This document shows positions 55,201 through 63,579 of a DNA stretch of 64,000 nt, piece after piece. The number at the start of each line of letters is the position of its first letter. Position 1 is the first letter of the stretch. Source of the stretch: a virus (lineage: Duplodnaviria > Caudoviricetes); IMG/VR virus record IMGVR_UViG_3300015607_004593, positions 32,001-96,000 of that record. The stretch is one strand, 5' to 3'. Under the pieces are notes generated by a model. It made no database searches, had not been told where the DNA came from, and was given only the letters and a program-made list of their open reading frames with translations. Both the position numbers and the translations under genes were made by a program.

Positions 55201-56139
55201 ATGAAAAATTTAAAAGAATTTCTTTTAGAAGCTAAAAAATCTAATTTGGAAATGTATAAGTATGTAGTAAGGATGCTTCATACAAAAAGTTATTTTATAC
55301 CAATGATGAATTCAAAGGATGATAGAATTGAAACGTTTTTAGAATTAGTTAAAGACTGTATGAAGAGGTTTTACCCTAATCTAAAACTTATTTCAGACGA
55401 AGAAAATACAGCTTTAGCAAAAAAAGCATATGAACAATCTACTGAACAAATTAGAAAAGATTATCTTAGACCTTTAAACCAAAATAATTTTATCACTACC
55501 TTTCCTATGACAAAGGCTGGAACTTATTCAATAAAAATTAAAACAACAAAAAATAATTATAATTATATTTATTTTCAATATCCAAATATCAAAACAAGAA
55601 ATCCTGATGGGTCAGTTAATGAAGATGCTTATAATTTAAATTTTAGAATTTATCCTGAAGTTGCTGAGAATTTAGAACGTATGTGCATTTCTTTCTTTTG
55701 GTATCAAGATAAACCACTTAGAACGTTATCTTATCTTAAAGAAGAAGATATTTTTGATACATGCTATCAATTTTATATTATGAAGCAAAGCTATGAAATT
55801 GGGAATGTGTTTACTTATTCAGGCATCAAATATTTCTTTCCTTTTATCAAAGATGCTATTTCAATTATTGTTCCTTTGAAAAATCCTAATAATACTATTA
55901 AAAAATTTAAATTAACTTTATTGAATGGTAGTTTTTATCTTAATTCACACTTTAATTTAATTTATAATTACAAAACCAAAATAGAAATGGATGAAAATAA
56001 TAAAACTATTATTTCTGAACATTTACAGGAACACTTAAAGAATCTCTTTGAAAAAAATGGTTTTAAATTTGAGTTTAAAGAAATTCATTTTAATTTTAAT
56101 GTCAAAGCTATTAAAATTTTATTTAAAGTAGAGATTTAA
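55201..56139 (+). CDS. putative internal head protein, paralog 3 of 3
   Basis: MKNLKEFLLEAKK; long blocks identical to paralog 2 at DNA level. Confidence 0.8.
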   Translation: MKNLKEFLLEAKKSNLEMYKYVVRMLHTKSYFIPMMNSKDDRIETFLELVKDCMKRFYPNLKLISDEENTALAKKAYEQSTEQIRKDYLRPLNQNNFITTFPMTKAGTYSIKIKTTKNNYNYIYFQYPNIKTRNPDGSVNEDAYNLNFRIYPEVAENLERMCISFFWYQDKPLRTLSYLKEEDIFDTCYQFYIMKQSYEIGNVFTYSGIKYFFPFIKDAISIIVPLKNPNNTIKKFKLTLLNGSFYLNSHFNLIYNYKTKIEMDENNKTIISEHLQEHLKNLFEKNGFKFEFKEIHFNFNVKAIKILFKVEI

Positions 56140-56184
56140 AAATGAAAAAACAATGAGATTACTTCCTTTTAAGAAAACAAAAAG

Positions 56185-57009
56185 ATGCTTTCATTTCAAC
56201 AATTCCTAGTAGAAAGAAATCTTCTCGAAAGAGATACTATTCTCTCTATCTCTAATTCTTTGCTGGAAACTCTAAAAACTTCTACGATAAAATTCTATTC
56301 ATTAAAACTACCGGAATTTTTAAGTAAAAGATATTCTGAAGGATTCTTAGCACTCTTAAGAATATCAAAAGAACAATTGAATCAAGAATTTCTTTCTCAA
56401 ATCAATTTAAGCACCAGCAAAGACCTTTTCATAATCTTTTCAAAAGAAAAAAACAAAACTATTCAAGAAAGAGAACATTTTAATATTGAATTAAATTCAT
56501 TGAGACTTTTTGCAAAAAAAGCAGGAAAGGTACATATAGTTAAATCTCTTGATGATAACAAAGATATTTTTATTCATGAGATAGGGCATTATTTTCAATT
56601 ACTAAAAAGTCCTAATTCTAATTCTTTACCATCAGCAGAAGCACATGGTGGTTATTACGACAAATACAATCAATCTTCATCCTCTTCTCTTTCTTATTTC
56701 TTTGACGATGAAGAATTAGATGCTGAATTGTTTTCTATAAAAAATATTATAAAAAATAATCAACTTCATCTTAGTATTCTTCTTCAAAATAACAAAGAAC
56801 TTACATTTGAAAATTATGTAAAAAACTATATCATGAAGATTCCTGAACTTATAAAATTTAAAGATTTATTTGAATTTATTCTTTATCCTGATAGATATAA
56901 GGATAACTCTTGGAAAAAACTTTATAAGAAAATGACAGATAGATTGAAAAAGGTTTTACAATTTGAGTTTACTTTATTTTTAAGAAAACAAAAAAACCCC
57001 TCTATTTAA
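56185..57009 (+). CDS. zincin-like metalloprotease-motif protein with capsid-targeting-like N-terminus
   Basis: MLSFQQFLVE; FIHEIGHYFQ (HExxH) and downstream Y....EELDA third-ligand motif. Confidence 0.7.
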   Translation: MLSFQQFLVERNLLERDTILSISNSLLETLKTSTIKFYSLKLPEFLSKRYSEGFLALLRISKEQLNQEFLSQINLSTSKDLFIIFSKEKNKTIQEREHFNIELNSLRLFAKKAGKVHIVKSLDDNKDIFIHEIGHYFQLLKSPNSNSLPSAEAHGGYYDKYNQSSSSSLSYFFDDEELDAELFSIKNIIKNNQLHLSILLQNNKELTFENYVKNYIMKIPELIKFKDLFEFILYPDRYKDNSWKKLYKKMTDRLKKVLQFEFTLFLRKQKNPSI

Positions 57010-57021
57010 GAGGGGTTTTTT
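56991..57021. terminator. bidirectional intrinsic terminator
   Basis: aaaaaacccctct-attta-agaggggtttttt between convergent genes. Confidence 0.8.
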
Positions 57022-57043
57022 ATTATTATGATTTTTCTTTTAT

Positions 57044-57586
57044 TTAAGAATCTTCAAATTCATCTTCATCATAAGGGAAATCAAAGTCAACATCATCTTC
57101 ATCATCAAACAATGAATGAGGCATAACATCAATGATAGTTGTGTCAATATTGATTTCTCCAAAACAATGGGATAGATTTTTATCTAACGAAAAACGACAA
57201 ATAAATTCATCATCAAAAGCTACAAGTTTTCCTTCTGGTGTATCTACTTCAACTTTTAAATTATTCAAATAATTTTCGTCTGCTGTTTTTTGTAAATCAT
57301 CCCATGATATTATTCCTAAAATTCCTGAAGGGCAATAGTAAATACTCCCTTCATTATCATAATAATGTTCATTTTGACCATATGCTGCTGGAAAAGCATA
57401 AAGTGTGAAATTAAATTTTTTAATTTCACACTCAGAAAATCCGAAAACTAAAGAGACAATTTCCATGAAATCTTCTTCTTCACTGAAGAAATTAATTGGG
57501 TCGCCTATAACATAGCTTCCAGACGGTAATCTAAATTCATTATTGTTAAGCATTGTTAAATCCTCTAAAATAGTCACTTTAACCAC
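57044..57586 (-). CDS. acidic hypothetical protein, paralog of 57647-58129
   Basis: LPSGSYVIGDP, AYG, SGILGI, FGEINIDT, acidic tail. Confidence 0.7.
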   Translation of the reverse strand: MVKVTILEDLTMLNNNEFRLPSGSYVIGDPINFFSEEEDFMEIVSLVFGFSECEIKKFNFTLYAFPAAYGQNEHYYDNEGSIYYCPSGILGIISWDDLQKTADENYLNNLKVEVDTPEGKLVAFDDEFICRFSLDKNLSHCFGEINIDTTIIDVMPHSLFDDEDDVDFDFPYDEDEFEDS

Positions 57587-57646
57587 ATCATCTTCTTCTT
57601 TTTCTCAAATACTTCTTAGAAGAAGATAATGAATATTTCATCAACC

Positions 57647-58129
57647 TTATGAGTTATCTTCTTCATCATCTTCATCATCTTCATAATCATCCTCATACTC
57701 ACGTTCATAAGTATAATCACTGGTAATTGTATCAATACAAATGTTTCCAAATGTATGAGTTGGGTCATTTTCATCATCAAAAATGACCTTAAAATTATCT
57801 TTAAATTCTATCAATCTTCCAAGAAAATTTCTTCTATTTTCAAGAATTTCCTTTATTCTTTCTTCAGATGCAACTTTTCTCACTAAAGAGAATGGCATGA
57901 TTCCAATCAATCCCGAATCTACTCCGTATTCAACATCAAAATCATCATAATAAATCCCATCCCCAAATGAAGTGTTGAAGGCATATACAAATTCACCTTC
58001 AAGCTTTCCTATTCCTTCTTTAAAATTATCTTCACCCAACAACTCTTTCCAGTTTTCATTGGATTTTACACTATAACAAGGGTCGCCAACAACATAATTA
58101 CCAGCACTTAAATAAAATTCTTTCTTCAT
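57647..58129 (-). CDS. acidic early protein (G.Y.VGDPCY...T.FGDG...VDSGLIG family)
   Basis: LSAGNYVVGDPCY, TSFGDG, VDSGLIGI, FGNICIDT. Confidence 0.75.
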   Translation of the reverse strand: MKKEFYLSAGNYVVGDPCYSVKSNENWKELLGEDNFKEGIGKLEGEFVYAFNTSFGDGIYYDDFDVEYGVDSGLIGIMPFSLVRKVASEERIKEILENRRNFLGRLIEFKDNFKVIFDDENDPTHTFGNICIDTITSDYTYEREYEDDYEDDEDDEEDNS

Positions 58130-58204
58130 TTCAAAACACTCTCATTTAAGGAAAAGGAAGGGATTTTGAACGTTCCTTGTTCTTACCTACATTCCATGTA
58201 AACT

Positions 58205-58233
58205 ATTATACATAGTTACTTCACAAAAAACAA
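58205..58233 (-). promoter_or_regulatory. sigma70-type early promoter
   Basis: TTGTTT-17 bp-TATAAT with TG just upstream of the -10 box. Confidence 0.6.
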
Positions 58234-58265
58234 TATACTTTTTACAAAAAATACCTCTTGACTTT

Positions 58266-59222
58266 TTATGTTTTTTGATTTTCTAAAATTTTTAGAATCT
58301 CTGAAAGATTTGCAAAAAACAAATTATTAAATTCACGTTGCCAAGATATGTGCATTTTATATTGCTCACAAGTAATCTCTTTCGGACAACTTGATTTACA
58401 GGTACTATTAATATCTCTAAGAAAATTTATCATAATAAATTTAAACCATTTCCAGTCAGGATATAATTTCAAGAAAGAAGAAACAATATCATCATAATAA
58501 TTAGTTGAAAATATTTTCTTAAGTAATTCTATATTTTTTGGATTAGAACAGGAAAGAATTAAATCTATCTTGACATTAAAATAATTGGTTTCATTCCTTT
58601 TATATGAAGAAAAATAATTTTGATTTTGTGCAATAAAAACTAATTCATTAAAATGATGAGAACCTATTCTTTGAATAATTTCATTAAAGGAAGAAAGTAT
58701 CTCTTCATATTCAGAAATAATTTTTTTATTAGGAAAAAGAAAAATGGTTTTATTTTTTATATGCAACGTATTTTCAATAATAGTATCATCTATTTTATTT
58801 TTAAAATATTCATCTATGACAACAAAATCAAAATTTATTCCTCTAAAATTTTGTAGATTAAATGTTCTAAAAAAGAATGTTGTATTGAATATTTCAAATG
58901 TATCATTACTTTTTTGTATTTGCCCATGAGTAAAAAGTCGTTTTACTCTATCATAGTTTGATTCATTACATTTATTTTTTTCCGTTAGGAAAAGAACATT
59001 TTTTTGCCCACACCTGTTTAAATTTTTAAACACAATATAAAGATATATATTATCTATTGTTGATGATAAATTTATATATTCTTCTTTTGATAGATAAAAA
59101 GAAGATTCATCATTTTCAAGATGAGAAAATAATAACTCAACATCATCAGTTATCTTAAAATTTGGAAAAAGATTATTAATAAGATTTTTGTTTGTATTAT
59201 TTTCAAATATAGTATGAGTCAT
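58266..59222 (-). CDS. hypothetical protein with a Walker B-like motif
   Basis: 318-aa ORF; FRGINFDFVVIDE. Confidence 0.55.
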   Translation of the reverse strand: MTHTIFENNTNKNLINNLFPNFKITDDVELLFSHLENDESSFYLSKEEYINLSSTIDNIYLYIVFKNLNRCGQKNVLFLTEKNKCNESNYDRVKRLFTHGQIQKSNDTFEIFNTTFFFRTFNLQNFRGINFDFVVIDEYFKNKIDDTIIENTLHIKNKTIFLFPNKKIISEYEEILSSFNEIIQRIGSHHFNELVFIAQNQNYFSSYKRNETNYFNVKIDLILSCSNPKNIELLKKIFSTNYYDDIVSSFLKLYPDWKWFKFIMINFLRDINSTCKSSCPKEITCEQYKMHISWQREFNNLFFANLSEILKILENQKT

Positions 59223-59426
59223 AAAATAACCTTAAGGAAAAAAGAAAAAATGAAAAAAAATCTTTCCTTAGAAGAAAAGATTTTGTTTATTGAGGATGCT
59301 TCTTATGAAGCACTTTTAGAGATTGCTAAAGAAGATGAAATGGGTTCATTTTTCTCCGAAGAAATTTCAACAAATGCCTTCATTAAAAAAATGAAGGCAT
59401 TTAGAACTATTCAGGAAATGAATTAA
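59214..59426 (+). CDS. hypothetical protein (likely start near 59250)
   Basis: TAAGGA RBS before MKKNLSLEEKILF. Confidence 0.5.
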   Translation: MSHKITLRKKEKMKKNLSLEEKILFIEDASYEALLEIAKEDEMGSFFSEEISTNAFIKKMKAFRTIQEMN

Positions 59427-59431
59427 AAGGC

Positions 59432-59902
59432 TTAGAAGAAATAGGCTTGACAATCAATATTACATTCTAAGAATGATATATCAGAAATATATGTTTCTGT
59501 GAATCTATTGATAGATTCACGTTTGAACTCTTGTACCTGCTTACTGACTTCAAAGAGAACAGAATCAGAAAACTTTACTCCATAGTACGGACTATTATTT
59601 CTCATATCCATTGATATTCTCAGAAGAGATAACCAAGTGATATAGGAATGATTTAGATAACTAATATGTCCTCTTACAGAAAGAGGATTTGCAATTAATC
59701 TCTTCATTGCAAGTTCATTTCCCTTTTTCTTTGTAAACACACTATCAGATTTATTGAATACGGCATATCCAACAGTGATGATACCTGTATCTTTACATAC
59801 ATGTTTAGCAAGGGTTAGCTTAAATCCACTTTCACCCAAAGTAATGTGTTGATATTTGATTTTTTCACATTCATACCGTGAAATACTTTTCTCAGTTTTC
59901 AT
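59432..59902 (-). CDS. hypothetical phage protein
   Basis: 156-aa ORF; GYA....D.F.KKKG..LA..RL motif. Confidence 0.65.
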   Translation of the reverse strand: MKTEKSISRYECEKIKYQHITLGESGFKLTLAKHVCKDTGIITVGYAVFNKSDSVFTKKKGNELAMKRLIANPLSVRGHISYLNHSYITWLSLLRISMDMRNNSPYYGVKFSDSVLFEVSKQVQEFKRESINRFTETYISDISFLECNIDCQAYFF

Positions 59903-59941
59903 CTTTTCTCACTCTCTCGTTTGCTTGAAGTAAAGGAGTTA

Positions 59942-60166
59942 TTATTGCCGTAAGAATTTTTCAACAAATTCTTTATAAGAAGATTTAAGATTACCAATAG
60001 CATAAGATATATCTGAAAGAGCATGGATATAAACAATATCACTAAATTCTTTACTTTCGAGTAGGTTAGTTTCAGGATTTAAAAATTGAAAAGTTTTTGT
60101 TCCCGTTACTTTGTAGGAGCCGTTGGTTTGTTGGGAAACAGAGTAATTCAATTCTTCGTTAATCAT
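59942..60166 (-). CDS. hypothetical protein
   Basis: 74-aa ORF, GGAG RBS. Confidence 0.6.
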   Translation of the reverse strand: MINEELNYSVSQQTNGSYKVTGTKTFQFLNPETNLLESKEFSDIVYIHALSDISYAIGNLKSSYKEFVEKFLRQ

Positions 60167-60205
60167 GTTTCATCTCCAAAAATGAAAAAAAGTTGTGAGT
60201 TTAAA

Positions 60206-60520
60206 TTACTTAACCCCTGAAAGCCTTGCGACTCTCTGAGAAAAATATGTTTGTAGCACACAATCAACAAAAGGCAGGGATAATAGCTCTTCAGAGAGTG
60301 GTGAATCTACACTCGAATAAGGTAAAATCCAATCAACTAATTCCCTATCATCTTCGTACCTTTCTGCTTTCCGAAAAAATTTATAAGTTTTATCAGGAAC
60401 AAGTTTTAGTTTTGCTACATCAGGCAAACTTCTAAAATACGAAGTTCGATTAGCAATAAATCCATCTTGTTGTAATTTACTCAGCAATAAAAAGTTATCA
60501 CCATTGACTTTCAACAACAT
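60206..60520 (-). CDS. hypothetical early protein
   Basis: 104-aa ORF, GAGGAG RBS, TTGCTT-17-TAAAAT promoter at 60602-60574. Confidence 0.65.
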   Translation of the reverse strand: MLLKVNGDNFLLLSKLQQDGFIANRTSYFRSLPDVAKLKLVPDKTYKFFRKAERYEDDRELVDWILPYSSVDSPLSEELLSLPFVDCVLQTYFSQRVARLSGVK

Positions 60521-60626
60521 TATAGCGTCTCCTCTTCAACAACGGTATGAACATAATTTGAATTTACAAATTCATTTTACTGTTTTTAACAATAAAAAGC
60601 AACAACAAAAAAGGGAAATTTTATTT

Positions 60627-60914
60627 TTAGAGCAACCCGGAATCAAGGCACCCGGTACATTTTAACCGATGTTCCAAGGCTTCCATGGACGCATAAAGAA
60701 GAAAAAAAGACTGAGGAAGGGATTGCATAGATGAATGAAAATCTCTTTCACCGTAAAATGAGGGACAACAGATTCTTTCACCACAGTATTCATATCTAAA
60801 ATCATGTTGACGGGGGAATGAATGACTAAAATAAGATGTATTCGGTTTTAATGAAAAATTCTTTTTATTTAATTTTTCTTTGAAAACTATTTCTAATGTC
60901 ATGATAAACAACAT
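60627..60914 (-). CDS. hypothetical protein
   Basis: 95-aa ORF. Confidence 0.45.
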   Translation of the reverse strand: MLFIMTLEIVFKEKLNKKNFSLKPNTSYFSHSFPRQHDFRYEYCGERICCPSFYGERDFHSSMQSLPQSFFLLYASMEALEHRLKCTGCLDSGLL

Positions 60915-60945
60915 CCTTGTTGTTTTTTATAAAAGGATAAAATCT

Positions 60946-61140
60946 TTAAGTGAAATTTAAAATCCTTTCTTCTAAAATATCTGAATAAGCTTTCATCAAA
61001 TCTCTTTGTTTTTCTAAACGTTGTTGTTCTAAAGAATCAAGTCCCTTAAAGATGTTTGAAGAATCTATGAAAGTGATTAGAGCCTTTAATTTTACATCTA
61101 ATTCAGTTTTTTCTGTCTTTACTCTTTCTTGAAAATCCAT
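60946..61140 (-). CDS. small coiled-coil phage protein (crAss001_48-related type)
   Basis: QERVKTEKTEL..KL..L..FI....F..L...EQ.RL..Q...M.AY..IL.ERI..F pattern; GAGGT RBS. Confidence 0.7.
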   Translation of the reverse strand: MDFQERVKTEKTELDVKLKALITFIDSSNIFKGLDSLEQQRLEKQRDLMKAYSDILEERILNFT

Positions 61141-61184
61141 AACGATACCTCTTTTTTTATTTTAATGTTTTATTTATTTTTTAT

Positions 61185-61339
61185 TTTTTTCAATGACTTA
61201 AAAAAATGAAAATTTTTAAAAAAAAGAGTACCTAAGATACCCCTAAGAAAAAATTAAGGAAAATGACCCCTATAAGTCTTTGAATTAAAACAAGAAAAAA
61301 ATTAAAAAAATTAATTTTTTAGCAAACCTAGACTTTTTT
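61185..61339 (+). repeat. dispersed intergenic element, copy D
   Basis: aaaatgaaaatttttaaaaaaaagagtacctaagatacc...aaatgacccctataagtctttgaattaaaacaagaaaaaa...agcaaacctagactttttt. Confidence 0.9.
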
Positions 61340-61345
61340 GTTCTC

Positions 61346-62341
61346 TCATTCCCTTTCCCATCTTTTAAATTCCAATTGAGCCTTTAATCCTTTGAATACT
61401 TTTTTTTCTATTTCATCTTGAATATTCAAATATTGATTCTGAAGAATCATATTATTAATATCTTTTCCCTTCAAAGGGAAAGAAGAAAAAATAACAATAA
61501 ATTCACCTTCATTTATATATTTCATCATTTGTTTTTTTATTTGAGTATTTCTAGGTTCATTATCAAAAAGAAGAACATACTCTAATGAATGTTCTTTACA
61601 AAAAGAAATTGCAAAATCAAAACTAGACGAACATGCCGCAAGTGAATTATCTAAAAACAAAGAATCTATAATACCTTCAACAATAAAAACTCTCTTCTTA
61701 AAATTCAAACTTCCTTGACCAAAGAGTAAAGAATTCTCACTTGAAATTTTCATATTAAAATATCGAATAGGGTCTTTATCGTTGATAGCCCTTGTAACAA
61801 AACCCGATAACGATGAATCTAATAATCTTACAGGAAAAACAATTCGTTGAGAACGATAGCTCAACTTTTCATAACCTTTATTTGGAATATATTCAATAAG
61901 GTTATTAACATCTTCTATATAAAATATTTCAGAACATTTGTTCTTAGGTAATTTTCTTTTTTTAATAAATGTTCTTGCTTCTTCAGATTCTTGATAAGGT
62001 ATCAAACAATCAAAAGAAGAAAGAAAAATTGATTCTTCTTTTCTTTTCTCTTCTTCTTTTTGATTATGAACATTTCTTTTTTGAAAAGAAGAAAAATAAT
62101 GTCTTGAATAGATATGAGGAAAATAATCTTTTACAAAGGATTTAAGAGAAGAAGAATAGGAACAGTTATGACATTTATAAAGATAAGTTCCTTGAAAGAG
62201 ATAAATGTTTCCTCTTGTTTTATATTTTGATTTTTTTGAATCTCCACAAATAGGACACCTAAATTCAAAAAGTCCATTTCTCTTTTTTTTAAACCTATCC
62301 AAATAAAGAGATATTTCATCAATTAGATTATCGTAGTTCAT
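61346..62341 (-). CDS. 61: DNA primase (T4 gp61)
   Basis: FRCPICGDSKK, YKCHNC Zn ribbon, RIVFP, IVEGIIDSLFL, FDNEPRN, KDINNMIL. Confidence 0.96.
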   Translation of the reverse strand: MNYDNLIDEISLYLDRFKKKRNGLFEFRCPICGDSKKSKYKTRGNIYLFQGTYLYKCHNCSYSSSLKSFVKDYFPHIYSRHYFSSFQKRNVHNQKEEEKRKEESIFLSSFDCLIPYQESEEARTFIKKRKLPKNKCSEIFYIEDVNNLIEYIPNKGYEKLSYRSQRIVFPVRLLDSSLSGFVTRAINDKDPIRYFNMKISSENSLLFGQGSLNFKKRVFIVEGIIDSLFLDNSLAACSSSFDFAISFCKEHSLEYVLLFDNEPRNTQIKKQMMKYINEGEFIVIFSSFPLKGKDINNMILQNQYLNIQDEIEKKVFKGLKAQLEFKRWERE

Positions 62342-62636
62342 TTATTTCTTGTTCAAATTTTTTAATAAAGATTTCTGTGAGTTTTTCCCAATCAATATCA
62401 TCAATAGCTGTTGTTAAAATATGTTGAATAAATCTTAGATTTTTTTCCGCTTCTTTGTTGATAAGTTCTGAATAAAAATCATGTAATCTTCTTTCAAATA
62501 GTTTCTTATTAGGTTTACAGACAAACCATTCATTTTTCCATTTAATAAAATTATCAGTATGATAGAGTACCTCATTTTTTATAGCAATGGAAGAACATAA
62601 CCAAGGTTTTTCTAAGAATGTTTCTTCTTTTTTCAT
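62328..62636 (-). CDS. hypothetical protein
   Basis: 102-aa ORF overlapping the primase start. Confidence 0.6.
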   Translation of the reverse strand: MKKEETFLEKPWLCSSIAIKNEVLYHTDNFIKWKNEWFVCKPNKKLFERRLHDFYSELINKEAEKNLRFIQHILTTAIDDIDWEKLTEIFIKKFEQEINELR

Positions 62637-62716
62637 AAACGTATCTCTTAAGATATAGTTTCAATCCTTTTTTGTTGGAAACTTTTTAAAAATATTTAAA
62701 AAAAAGGTTTGAATCC

Positions 62717-62745
62717 TTGTGTATCGTTTGAATATTTTGTATAAT
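62717..62745 (+). promoter_or_regulatory. sigma70-type early promoter
   Basis: TTGTGT-17 bp-TATAAT with TG just upstream of the -10 box. Confidence 0.7.
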
Positions 62746-62788
62746 GTATTTGCTTGAATGATCAAGCAAACAACGAGGAACGAAGTAA

Positions 62789-62974
62789 ATGAGACTAAAA
62801 CGTAAATTTTTGATCAACTTGTTAATTTCACATCTCCCTCAATTATCCACGTTAGAAATTTGTGAGGTACGCGACGCAGCGAATCGCATCATCATGATGC
62901 GGAATGAAGCTGAAGAAAATTTGAAAGTTGAAATTAACTGGTTTGACCCGAAATATTGGAAAGACCTTGAATAA
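62789..62974 (+). CDS. small early protein in its own transcription unit
   Basis: 61-aa ORF with promoter, GAGGA RBS and terminator (62989-63021). Confidence 0.6.
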   Translation: MRLKRKFLINLLISHLPQLSTLEICEVRDAANRIIMMRNEAEENLKVEINWFDPKYWKDLE

Positions 62975-62988
62975 CTAGGAATCTCAAC

Positions 62989-63021
62989 AACCCTACTTTG
63001 TAGCAGCAAAGTAGGGTTTTT
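62989..63021. terminator. intrinsic terminator
   Basis: aaccctactttg-tagcag-caaagtagggttttt. Confidence 0.8.
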
Positions 63022-63046
63022 CTTAACCTAAAATTTCTTTAGGTTA

Positions 63047-63523
63047 TCAACTTTTCCCATCCTCGCCTTCAGACGGGGAATTGTTGGCTATCAATTTCTT
63101 CAAGTCATCTAAGGGCATATTCTCCAATTCTTCCATTTCTTTCTTACGAATTATTTCAGAAATAGTTTCATTTGTCTGTAAAATCCTTTTCCTTTCGATT
63201 TCTTTATCCCTTTCCTTAATTTTTACTGCAATAACATGTTTGACAATATCCAATTGCAATTGAAGTAAGGAATTAGGACTATTCTTTCCTTCATTTACGA
63301 AGGAAACTTCTTCAGAATCCTTAAGACGACGATGCAAATATTTTGCTAAGTTATCTAAAGAAAGAGGTGGAAAAGAATCTAACCCATCGTGATTATTTCT
63401 CCTCGATTTAGGAGAAGCTGTTAATGGAATATCCCAAAGTTCTTCATCACTAAAACTTCCCGTATTAGGATAAGTAAAACGAAGTTTATTTCGAGAAGCA
63501 ATTTCAAACAAATTGGTACTCAT
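63047..63523 (-). CDS. conserved large-phage hypothetical protein
   Basis: NLFEIASRNKLRF...EELWDIPL...SFV...LDIVKHVI..K pattern; AAGGAG RBS. Confidence 0.75.
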   Translation of the reverse strand: MSTNLFEIASRNKLRFTYPNTGSFSDEELWDIPLTASPKSRRNNHDGLDSFPPLSLDNLAKYLHRRLKDSEEVSFVNEGKNSPNSLLQLQLDIVKHVIAVKIKERDKEIERKRILQTNETISEIIRKKEMEELENMPLDDLKKLIANNSPSEGEDGKS

Positions 63524-63579
63524 TTTTCATCTCCTTCAGAATTTACACAGTTTAAGAGTTTAAAACCATTTTCTCTTTT

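Noticed and set aside
58266-59222. Terminase ATPase call from FRGINFDFVVIDE
   Set aside because: No Walker A or nuclease motifs; left as hypothetical
11581-63263. Many short antisense or nested ORFs in the track (e.g. 11581, 15667, 25582, 30112, 42823, 44339, 46847, 50067, 51150, 58653, 63081)
   Set aside because: They overlap well-supported genes, lack RBSs and are expected by chance in AT-rich DNA
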